Below are positions 11,857 to 22,400 of a stretch of 64,000 bases of DNA, one piece after another (position 1 is the first letter of the stretch; each line of letters opens with the position of its first letter). Source of the DNA: Azolla caroliniana. Lineage: Eukaryota; Plantae; Polypodiophyta. The stretch spans positions 5,146,001-5,210,000 of the forward strand of contig JBHGNT010000006.1 in the NCBI GenBank assembly GCA_043228905.1, read 5' to 3'. The notes under the pieces are model-generated. The model was not told the origin of the DNA, ran no database searches, and saw only the letters and a list, made by a program, of their open reading frames with translations. The translations under genes were made by a program, and so were the position numbers.

Positions 11857-13982
11857 ATGAAAGGGTCGAATCTTGCAGAGGCCATGGCTTCGGCAGTGGA
11901 TCGGATATTGAGCGCATGCGAGGGCTCCGGCGCCCTCGACAGAGCCATTGAGGCGGTCGTCGGTACGATCGGCCAGTTCAGCGGGAAGGATGCCACGAAG
12001 TATTTGGCGTCCTACGGGGCAGAAATGTTGATGCGGGACATTCCGGAAGAGAGGCGTCTTGCCGGGTTTCCTCGAGTGGCGATGCCGAGCATCCATGCGG
12101 AGGTGCTCGAGGTGCGGGCGGAGAGCCGTACCTGGGAGGAGTTCGAAGGCCGACTCCTAGAAAAATACGGGCTAGACCACGCGCTCCGGCTTTCGAAACG
12201 AGACTTCATGGAATGGGTGGAGTCCCCCGGCAAGGGAAGAAACGCGTCAGCACTCCTCCGGGAGTTCAAGGAACGCTTTGCGCGCCTTTCGGCGCTTGAC
12301 CGAACCGTTCTCGATACGAGCCGGGTCCTATTGTTCGTCAAGTCGGTGGACAAGCGGGACAGGGATCAAGTCGGCTCCTTGCTGGAAACCGAAAACGGGC
12401 TGACAACCGACTGGGCTGCGGTTAAGAGAGTCTGTGGCCGTTTCTACAAACGGCGAGAATAGGCTGACAACGGGGCGGTCGGTGCGGGATCTGTCACAGC
12501 AAGGAGGCTTGAACCGGCACTGCAAGTGCGAAGGGAAGAAACCTGGGAATGGCTTGAAACCGGTCCGGCTTCGACCGGCATGGTCAATGACTCGTCCGGA
12601 GGAGCAGCGCTGGAGGAGTTGACGCGGGCGATAAAGGATCTCCAGATCGCCCAGACTCGAAGGGAAGGCGGCGAACCAGCTCGTGACCGACGGCCGGCAG
12701 CGGGGAACAGGTGCATGTGGTGCGACGAGGTCGGCCACATTCGGAAGGACTGCGGCGATTTCGCAGAGGCGTTGAGAAACCGGGTGGTGTACCAGTGGGA
12801 AGGTCGGGTGCACGCTGGCGACACCAGGAGGGCCCTGAACCGAAACGACGGGCGAGGAGGTATGAAGAGACTGATGGAAGAGGCAGCGGCCCGGCACGTG
12901 GAGGCCATCCACTACTCGGCGTCGGCCAGTATTCGGGTCGGGGGCAGCGAGGCCCGAAAGGAGAGCAAAGACGGTTTCTGGTCGGCAATGCTGGAAGGTC
13001 TCGCCGGCGCACGGCTGAGGAAAGATGAAACGGACAGCGCTGAGAGACGGGTCCGGGAAATAACCGGGTGGACCGATCCGGTCGAGGAGAAGACGGGCTT
13101 CGTAGAAGCCGCCTGCCGGAACTACGAGGCTCTGGTAGAAGAAAAACGAGTGGGGAAAGCCGGAGCGCACGGGCCCTCACAACGGTACGAGACCCGATTC
13201 GGGCAACGACGGAACAATGCCGGTGGGTCCTGCTCGCAAGATAACCCCAGGAAGGGCGGGTACCGACTGGGGACGGAAATAGAAAAGACTACGGACCTAC
13301 GAAAGGTCCTAGAAGAACGGATCCTAGACAGCAAAGTGGAGCTGTCATTGCGGGAGGTGCTAGGGATCGCCAAGAAGGAGTTCCACGACTCCATTGTAGA
13401 CTTGGTGAAACGGAAGAGGCTGTCGAGGGAGGTGGAACCGGAAAGACCGGTGGAGGTGCGGACGACGCACATCGACGGCTCGGCGCTGGAAGATGAGTGG
13501 GCGGAGAGCCACTATTCGAGGCCACACTGGGCCCGAGCGACCACGGAGACCCCGGTAAAGATCGGAGATGTTCAGGAACCGGTGGTGGCGTTGGTGGACC
13601 ACGGTTCGGAAATAAACCTAATATCCATAGACTTTTATAAGAAGGGAAAGTGGCCGATCAACACCAGGCACGGGTGGAAGATACGGGCGGCGACGCGCAC
13701 CACCGAGGAACTACACGGGTTTGCCCGAATGTGCGAGTAAAGATCGGCGATGTCGAGATTGACCAGCACTTCTTCGTACAGGAGACGTCCTCGCATCCGG
13801 TCATATTAGGGGAACCATACATCACGGCGACGAGAATGGAGACCAAGGTGCTGGACAACGGTTCGGCCTACGCGAGGGTCAAAAGCCAGGACGGGCGCCA
13901 TTCGGTGCAATTTCTGACGGTGCGGCCGAACCACAAGAGGAACCGCGAATCCCTCGGTGGCGAGAGCCGGGAGGATTTTTAG
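11857..13982 (+). pseudogene. gag: gag-protease of element D
   Basis: CMWCDEVGHIRKDC knuckle and LVDHGSEIN protease. Premature TAG at 12460 and a frameshift near 13720. Confidence 0.88.
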
Positions 13983-15655
13983 AGAGGGCTGCCAAGGCGT
14001 GGGGCCGAGACAGCCCGGACACTCGGAAAGGACCCCACGACTGTACGATAGGTAGGAAATTTTGCTTCTCCAACAGCGGAGGGTGCATGATAGTCGGCAT
14101 CATCGGCCGAGAAAAGGCAAGGGCGGAAGAGCGACTTCGAGCGTGCGGAGTTCTCGGCCCGGACGAGGAAATCAGCGGAGCCGTGGAGGCGCTCTCCTTC
14201 GACGACACCTTGGGAATACTGACGAAGGTAGCAGGAGAAGACCTTAACGAAGACCGGACGATACTGATATGTTCCGAAGAGATGTACGAAGTCATCGCGA
14301 ACTTCAGTCTGGGGCTCGGGTCGGACCGGAGAGCCCAAGTTAACACGAAGTACAAGACTGTGGACCGGAAGGTCAGGCCAGTCGCGGCACCCTTGCCGAA
14401 GGGCAGCGAGTCCCGAATCAAAGGCGTGGCGTCGGACCCCAGTTTACGAGATCCGGCCTGCATAGGTCACACCTTCACCGACGGGATGCTCCGGGAGCTC
14501 AAGATCGGTCGGGGCGGGTTCCTACTGCCGGCGGAGGAAGACCGGTTTCGGAGAATGCTCGGAAGGCACGGGAAAGCCTTTGCATTCTCGCCGGAAGAGA
14601 TTGGGTGCGTAGACCCGACAATCGTGGAGCCGATGGTGATATTCACGGTACCACATGTGCCGTGGAATCTCAAGCCGATTCCGGTACCAAGAGCTCACAT
14701 CCCGGAGTTAATGGAGCTACTGAGGCAGAAAGTCGATATGGGTATTCTTGAACCGTCGAGTGCGCCATACTCGAACCGATGGTTTACCGTTGTCGAGATA
14801 TTTCGCAAGTGCGTGTGGAGATGAGGCGGGACCGCGGGGGTCTCGAACCAAAGAGCAAGCGAGGGAGGAGAGAGAGAGAGAACCGACTACGCAGGACCGG
14901 GGATACACAGGGACACGGCCCTTCAGCACGGAGAACGCGAACAGACACCGACACAGACAGACGCGAACGACTAAATATGTATATTAACAAAATTGCTAAC
15001 ACGACTACAACCCTCGATGGGGCACAGGTTGGTTACAACCGAACAGGCCGGCGAACAGATGCCGATGCCTGTTCGCGTCGACGCACAAACGGGGTAGCAG
15101 GTCGGAGGTGCTGCCGGAAGCACTCGGGCGTTCCTCGAAACAGCGCGAGCCTCCTCGGAACCCTGCACCGAAAGCTATGGGGCTCAAGAAGGAAGGAAAC
15201 TGAGAGAGAAGCGTCCAGAAACGGTCCGACAGCACTTCGCCCTCTCTGCGCGAGATCCCTGCAACAGCTCTTTCCTGCTCCTTATATATAGGCCGACGAG
15301 CAGGCCGTCCTGTCAGCTTTATTCCCTGTCCCTTTTGGACCGGGATCCGCTCCGTTCTTCACGCATCCGCGTAGTTACGCCGCCGACTCGTACAGTTCCT
15401 TAACTCGCGCGCGCGACCGAGAAGACTGTTCGCGCGGTGTTTGTCTCCACTTGTGTTAGGGCCCGTTCCTGCCGATTATCCTCCTAATCCGCTTTTATGT
15501 ACAACTTGGAGCTTGCGCGCGTGAAGAACCGGTTCCCACGCCTAGGTGCGCCGACTCCGCCTATGGACGGTTTTCTTCGCGACATCCGCCCCCACCTAAC
15601 CGCGCATCCTCCGGTATGCGCCAAGAGAGTTGGGACGGAGAAAACCGGCCCGTCT

Positions 15656-18600
15656 TCATTCCTCGCCCGTCGGTTCTTCCTCGTTTCCGGATCGTTCGTC
15701 ACTGCTGACTAGGAGAGCCGGGTCCGGCTCGTCGTCATGTCGCTTCTTGAACGCTTTAATCCGCTTCCCTGCAACCGGTATCGCCACTCTCGTGCCGTCA
15801 AGTTCCGACAGGTGATATGTCCCGTTGTCATTGGCGCTCCGTACCACGTAAGGCCCGAACCACCTTCGTGCGAACTTCCGTGTGGCTCGGTGCTGGTTGT
15901 CGAGGCTGCTGTCGTAGACGAGCACCCAGTCACCTTCTTCGATTTTCTTCGGTCGGAGCCGGTGCGTTCGGTCGAACCTGGCTTTGTTCTTTGCCCTCGC
16001 CGCCCGGAGCCTCTCCGCAGCCAGTTCCACGTCCTCCGGTCTCCGCTCGAGTTGTCGTATACGCGCGGCTAACAACTCCTCCCGGCTCATCTCGTCCCTC
16101 CAATCGACCGTTGCCCATGAGGAGATCGTCCGTTCCATCGGCATGATCGGCTTCTGGCCGAACATGAGCTCCGTCGGCATGTACCCGGTTACCGAACTGT
16201 GCGTGGTCCGGTCTGCCCACAAAGCATAAGGTAGCAGCCGCGGCCAGTTACCGACTTGGCCTCCGCATGCCCGAACCAACGCCTTGACGATCGGCCCGTG
16301 TCCGCGCTCCACCTTCCCATTCGCCTCCGGATTGTACGCAGTGGTGAGCGAGAGCTTGACTCCCAGCCGGTCGAACAGCTCCGCGGCTTCTTCGGCGTCC
16401 AACTCCCCTCGGTCAGCCACGATCTTCCCGACGCACCCGTACCGGCATATCACGTCTTCGATTAGGAACCGGCATACGGCCGCGGTCGTTTTGTTCGGAA
16501 GGGCCCGGCCTTCCACCTGGTTCGTCAGATCCTCCCGCGCTAGGACCAGGTACCGCATCTGTCCTACTCCCATTGGCATCGTTACCAGATCTACCATCCA
16601 TTTGAAGTGGATGGTCGGAGGGTACGTGGGGTGAAGCTCGTCCCGATGTCGGACTATGGAGTGCATCTGACAGCTCTCGCAAGTTGTCACGAACCGATGC
16701 ACGTCCTGGTACTGCCCCGGCCACCAATACTTCCCCTTCAGTTTCTCAAACGTAGCCCATGTTCCACGGTGTCCAGCCCAAGGGCTGTCGTGGTAGGCCG
16801 TCAGCAGCTCCTCCTGTTCTTCCTTCATCGCCACCACCCGGAGCGGAGCGCCGTCCCTCTTCTTCGGGTGCTTCCATAGGTAGCCATCCCGGAGAAAGAA
16901 CCGGTACGCTTTCCTCCGGATCCGGTTGGCCTCGTCCTTCGTCCATGACGCATCGGGCGTCATTGTCTTCAAAAACCCACCGATCTGCAGCCACTCCCCG
17001 TCGTACTTGCTCGCGTCGAAGTCGTTAAGCGCCGGAGTGCTTGTCCCGCCGGTTGTTACATATGCAGTCTCGAAGAAGTCCACGCCGACCTCTTCGTCCT
17101 CCGAGACCATGCCGCCCTCGTCCTCGAATCTCGCCCTTGAAAGCATGTCGGCCATGGCGTTGTCTTTCCCGGAAATGTGTCGTATTACCGGGTCTAGGGA
17201 CTTGATGTACGCTATCCACCTGAGCATTGCCAGGTCCGGCGTCGCGCATCCGGAAACCATGCCGAGAATCGGCATGCAATCCGTCTCTATGATTACCTCC
17301 GTCCCGATCAGATAGTCCTTGTCGGCCTTCACCGCCGAAACGATACCCCAGAGTTCGCGTTTAACCTGGGCGTATCCTCGCTGCCGTTCGCTGAGGACCT
17401 TCGCGCCGAATCGGATCGGAAACCGATTGCCGTCCTCGTCTTCTTGGTTGACGACCCACCCGATTCCGGTCGGACTCGTGTCAACCGTTATGTACACTGG
17501 GGTGTCCTTCCCGTAGACAGCCTTTCGGAGCGCCGGTGCTGCCGACAGAGCCTCCTTCAGCTTCCGGACCGACTCCGCGTGCTTGTCTAGCCATTCGAAT
17601 CTTCGCCCTTTCTTCAATAATCCGTACAGCGGCTCCGCGACGTGCGCGTAATGCGGGATCCATATGTGGTAGAAGGCGCATGCTCCCAAGAATCTTCGTA
17701 CTTCCGTGACCGAGCTGCAGTCAGGCTTCATCGCGGAGATGGCCTCTACCTTTGCCGGAGACGGTTTCCAGCCATATGGCCCGCACAAATGTCCGACCAC
17801 CATGATTTCCGACTGCCCGAAGGCAGACTTCTCCCCCGAGAAGGTGAGCCTCGCATCCTCTAGCCTTTGCAGCACCTTCTCGCAGTCGTCGATGTGCATT
17901 ACCACGAATCGCCGGCATCCGTCCGGCCCGACCGTCTCGTCCTTCTCTTCTACCGGGCATCCCTTGATCGGGATGTCGTCTAGAAACGGCATGGTGATGT
18001 CCGGGATGCAGTCCCTCAGCACCTTGTTCATTGCATTCACCATGTGGGCCACCGAGTTGGTCCCTCCTTGCGGCAGCGTACACATCCGCACTAGGCCGAG
18101 GGGAGTTCGCATCGTCGTAATGTCTCTGCTCTCCACGGCTAGCTGGAACTGGTCATACCCTGAGTATAGATCACCGACCGAGTAAATCGACCTTCCGGCG
18201 AAGGCCTCCGCGAACTCGTCTATGGTCGGTCCGATCCCCGCGTTCCGAATGGTCACTCTATTGACCGGCTGCAGGTCTTGAATGAAGCGCAATGATCCGT
18301 TTTTCTTTGGTACGGTAAACCACCGGTTTGAATACGGGGCGCTCGACGGCTCGAGAATGCCCATATCAACTTTCTGCTTCAACAGCTCCATCAACTTCGG
18401 GATGTGAGCTCTCGGAACCGAAATTGGCTTGAGATTCCACGGTACATGCGGTACCGTGAATATCACCATTGGCTCTACGATCGTCGGGTCTACGCACCCG
18501 ATTTCCTCCGGTGAGAATGCGAAGGCTTTCCCGTGCCTTCCGAGCATTCTCCGAAACCGGTCTTCCTCCATCGGCAGTAGGAACCCGCCCCCACCGATCT

Positions 18601-19144
18601 CCAGCTCGCGGAGCGTCTCGTTGGTGAAGGTGTGTCCTATGCAGGCCGGATCTCGTAAGCTGGGGTCCGATGCAACCCCTTTGATTCGGGATTCGCTGCC
18701 CTCCGGTAAGGGCGCCGCAACTGGCCTCACCTTCCGGTCCACCGTCTTGTACTTGGTGCTCACTCGGGCCGTCCGTTCCGACTCGAGCCCTCGACCGAAG
18801 TCCGCGATGACTTCGTACATTTCTTCGGAACATACCGGTATCGTCCGGTCTTCGTTAAGGTCTTCTTCGACTACCTTCCCCAGCATCCCCAAGGTGTCGT
18901 CGAAGGAGACTGCCTCCACGGCTCCGTTGATTCCTTCGTCAGGGCCGAGAACTCCGCACGCCCGAAGTCTCCCCTCCGTCTTTGTTTTCTCTCGTCCGGT
19001 GATGCCGACCATCGTACATGCTCCGCTGTCGGAGAAGCAAAATTTCCTACCTATTGTACACGGTTTTATCGTACAGATGTGGGGGTTTCCCGGAGCATCC
19101 GGACTGTCGCGGCCCCACGCCTTGGCAGTCCTCTCTAAAAATCC
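15656..19144 (-). CDS. pol: Intact Pol (RT-RNase H-integrase) of element E, reached by -1 frameshift
   Basis: Uninterrupted ORF of more than 1118 aa. RT LPQG/FLDD, RNase H VDTS..E..D, integrase H-H-C-C, D-D-E and GPY motif. No chromodomain. Confidence 0.93.
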   Translation of the reverse strand, partial: GFLERTAKAWGRDSPDAPGNPHICTIKPCTIGRKFCFSDSGACTMVGITGREKTKTEGRLRACGVLGPDEGINGAVEAVSFDDTLGMLGKVVEEDLNEDRTIPVCSEEMYEVIADFGRGLESERTARVSTKYKTVDRKVRPVAAPLPEGSESRIKGVASDPSLRDPACIGHTFTNETLRELEIGGGGFLLPMEEDRFRRMLGRHGKAFAFSPEEIGCVDPTIVEPMVIFTVPHVPWNLKPISVPRAHIPKLMELLKQKVDMGILEPSSAPYSNRWFTVPKKNGSLRFIQDLQPVNRVTIRNAGIGPTIDEFAEAFAGRSIYSVGDLYSGYDQFQLAVESRDITTMRTPLGLVRMCTLPQGGTNSVAHMVNAMNKVLRDCIPDITMPFLDDIPIKGCPVEEKDETVGPDGCRRFVVMHIDDCEKVLQRLEDARLTFSGEKSAFGQSEIMVVGHLCGPYGWKPSPAKVEAISAMKPDCSSVTEVRRFLGACAFYHIWIPHYAHVAEPLYGLLKKGRRFEWLDKHAESVRKLKEALSAAPALRKAVYGKDTPVYITVDTSPTGIGWVVNQEDEDGNRFPIRFGAKVLSERQRGYAQVKRELWGIVSAVKADKDYLIGTEVIIETDCMPILGMVSGCATPDLAMLRWIAYIKSLDPVIRHISGKDNAMADMLSRARFEDEGGMVSEDEEVGVDFFETAYVTTGGTSTPALNDFDASKYDGEWLQIGGFLKTMTPDASWTKDEANRIRRKAYRFFLRDGYLWKHPKKRDGAPLRVVAMKEEQEELLTAYHDSPWAGHRGTWATFEKLKGKYWWPGQYQDVHRFVTTCESCQMHSIVRHRDELHPTYPPTIHFKWMVDLVTMPMGVGQMRYLVLAREDLTNQVEGRALPNKTTAAVCRFLIEDVICRYGCVGKIVADRGELDAEEAAELFDRLGVKLSLTTAYNPEANGKVERGHGPIVKALVRACGGQVGNWPRLLPYALWADRTTHSSVTGYMPTELMFGQKPIMPMERTISSWATVDWRDEMSREELLAARIRQLERRPEDVELAAERLRAARAKNKARFDRTHRLRPKKIEEGDWVLVYDSSLDNQHRATRKFARRWFGPYVVRSANDNGTYHLSELDGTRVAIPVAGKRIKAFKKRHDDEPDPALLVSSDERSGNEEEPTGEE

Positions 19145-19425
19145 TCTCGGTTTTCGGAACCGAGGGAATCGCGGTTACGTTCGTGGTTCGGCCGTACCGT
19201 CAGAAACTGGACCGAATGGCGCCCGTCTTGGCTTTTGACCCTTGCGTAGGCCGAACCATTGTCCAGTACTTTGGTCTCCATTCGCGCCGCCGTGATGTAC
19301 GGCTCTCCCAGAATGACCGGATGCGAAGACGTCTCCTGCACGAAGAAGTGCTGGTCAATCTCGACGTCGCCGATCTTGACTCGCACATTCGGACAGGCCC
19401 CGTGCAGTTCCTCGGTGGCGCGCGT

Positions 19426-22400
19426 TGTCGTGAAGATTTTCGTCCATAGGCGGAAAACCGAGCGAAGCAAGCAAACCCGCGATGTGCAACGTTGCACATC
19501 AACATGTTGTATTTCTATTTATCGATAGTGATAAGTATGGTGCTAGAAATGCACCTTAGGATTTGTAAAGTGTAACGGTAATGTGCTTTTGCGCGCACAT
19601 CTACGTGAGAGAGAGAGATAGGTACATAGTAGTTCGTGTAGAGGTGGGAGTTAAGACCCCTCCTTCCCACCTCCCCTAAAATCAAGGGAAATATCCCCAT
19701 TGATTGAAAGGGGATATTTTGTAGCACCTTTATGTAACGGTCTTCCCTCCTTGTGCTATAAAGGGAGAGGAAGAGCACCATTGTGGGGGTTGCCTTATTT
19801 TTTAGTGTGAGTGAGGTATACCATTTCGTTTTAGGGTTAGGGTTTCGTTTAGGGTTCCTTAGTTAGGGTTTCTTGTGTCGTTTGGCGCGGCCTACGCGGC
19901 CGCCATTTTGTAATCGGTTTTCGGTTTCTAATATATCTTGTTGAGCATTTGGCCTCCATCTTCCTCTTGTTCATTCTTTCTCTTCTTGTGCTAAGCTCCA
20001 TTCCGAAGTCCTATTCCTTCTCCCCTTCTCCTTAGTCCAAGACCCCCGTGGTTCCGCCCTTCTCCACGCACGCGCGTAACAACGCGACATCTTTGGTGAA
20101 CCCGACGTGAAGGGCAGCAAGGGAGAAAGAGATGGAGGAAGGCTTCGACTTCGAGGAGATGATGACAAAGATCTTGATGGACGCCGGACGGAAGAGGGCG
20201 AGGCGAGAGGCGGCTCAACAAGCGGTCGAAAGGGTGGTCCGTCTAGTCGGCCGGTTCGATGGGAAGGAGGTCCCAAAATTTTTGAGAGCCTACGATGCGG
20301 AAACGACGGGGATGGGCGTGGACGAAGCGACGAGGCTAGAGTTCTTTCGTCGAGCGGCGGCCGCATCAAAGTACGAGGAGGTCAAGGAGCTCCAAGAAGC
20401 TCACGAATCGTGGGAGTCCTTTGAAGGGGCTCTAATGGAGGCATACGGGTGCGCGGAATCGGAGGTAAGAGGTCGGCGAGAGTTCGATCGGTGGATGGCG
20501 TCGGCGAGGCGCCATCGGAGCGCAATAGAGGCATTTCGAGAGTTCGAGCGTCGTTTCTCTCAACTCTCGGAGTGGGAACGAAGATCGGTGGGGGCGGACA
20601 AAGTCCTCCTATTTTTGGAGACGGTCCATCATGAGGAGAGGATGGACATCATGCTCGAGCTTCAAGACGATTATGGGGCGCATGGTCTCACCGAGGAGTG
20701 GCCCGAAGTGGAATGGGTGTGTCGGCAACATGAGGCGAGGCGGTCGGCCACAACACGGCCCGCGAGCGGGGGAGAAGAGAGAGCGTCGACCGACTACGCC
20801 ATGCCGCCGGACGAGAGCTCATCACGAACCGGTTTGGAGGGGCTCGACCTACAAGCGCTAATACGGGAGGCGTGCGGGCTCGTAATGGCGGAAATCGAAG
20901 CCGAAGAATGGCTTATTGCGGGGTCGGGCCCGAGCGGATCGGAGGACACGGAGGAAGGAGCTTCCTCACACATGAAGGACGGGGCCTATGCGGAGGCCGA
21001 AAGAGAATGGTACATCGGTACCACGGGAGAGGGTGCGGAGCGAGCCGCCCTCTCGACATGGGGGGAAAGAACGACCGAGGACGAGGTCGGGGACGGTGAG
21101 GCGGCGATCGCCGATTCGAGCGGACATGGCGGATTCGGGACATGGTGGCCCGAATCATCGAGTACGGAGGAGACAAGCGGCGGTACCGCAACCTTCCACG
21201 CACCGGTTCAAGAGACCACGGCGGCCGGCCCGAGCGCCCGCATGAGACCGAGGGAAAAGCACGGTGGCGGCGGCAAGGCGGGCAACCGAGACAACGGAAA
21301 GGAGACCGCGGAAGAGGCGGCGGCAAGCATAATCGATGCTTGCATATACGGAGGCGGGGTAGCCACGGACAACGACGTCCGAGCGGAGGTGGCTACGGAC
21401 ATTGCATCGACGAGCGGCGGTCCCGCGACCTTACACGCGTCATTCCTGGAGATCACGGCGGCCGGCCCGAGTGCCCGCGTAAGACCTATGGTGAAAGGCG
21501 GTGGCTGTGGCAAGGCGGGCGACCACGGCGTCGACACGAGAGAAGGTGCGGAGCAAGCGACCGTCTCATCCCGGGGAAAAAGAACGGCCATGGACGAGGC
21601 CGGTATCTACGGAGCGATGGACGCCACTTCGAGAGTGGGCGGAAGTTTCGGGACGCGGTTACCCGAAACGTTCTACGAGGATTTCGCGAGCATACTCGAG
21701 GCTTGCGAAATGGAGGAGGAAGACGAAACGAGCGATGGTGTCGCGACCTTCCACACACCGGCCCTAGAGGCTTCGGCGGTCGGCCCGAGTGCCGGCACGA
21801 GACCTAGAGCTACGGACGGTGGCGGCGGCAAGGCGGACAACCGAGATGAGGACGAGACCGGCAAAGAAGAGGCGGCGGCAAGCATACTCGATGCTTGCGA
21901 AACCGAAGACGGGGTAGCTACGGACGACGATGTCCGAATGGAGGTGGCTACGGACGAGAGGAGTGGTGGTGTCGCGACCTTCCACACACCGGTCCTAGAG
22001 ACTCCGGCACCCGGCCCGAGAGCCGGCGAGAGGCCTAGAGTGACGGACGGTGGCGGCGGCAAGGCGGGCAACCGAAACGACGACGACATGGGAGAGGGTG
22101 CGGAGCGAGCAACCCTCTCGTCTTGCGGCGAATGGACGGCCAAGGATGAGGCCGGTGACTACAAAGCGGAGGGCGCCACTTCGAAAGTGGGCAGAAGATT
22201 CGGGGCACGGCGGCCCAAAACATCGAGCGGAGAGGAGGCGAGCGGTGGTGCCGCGACCTTCCACACACCGGCCCTAGAGGCTTCGGCGGTCGGCCCGAGT
22301 GCCGGCACGAGACCTAGAACGACGGGCGGTGGCGGCGGCAAGGCGGGCAAACAAAATGACGCGGAGAACGGCGAAGAAGAGGTGGTGGCAAGCATACTAG

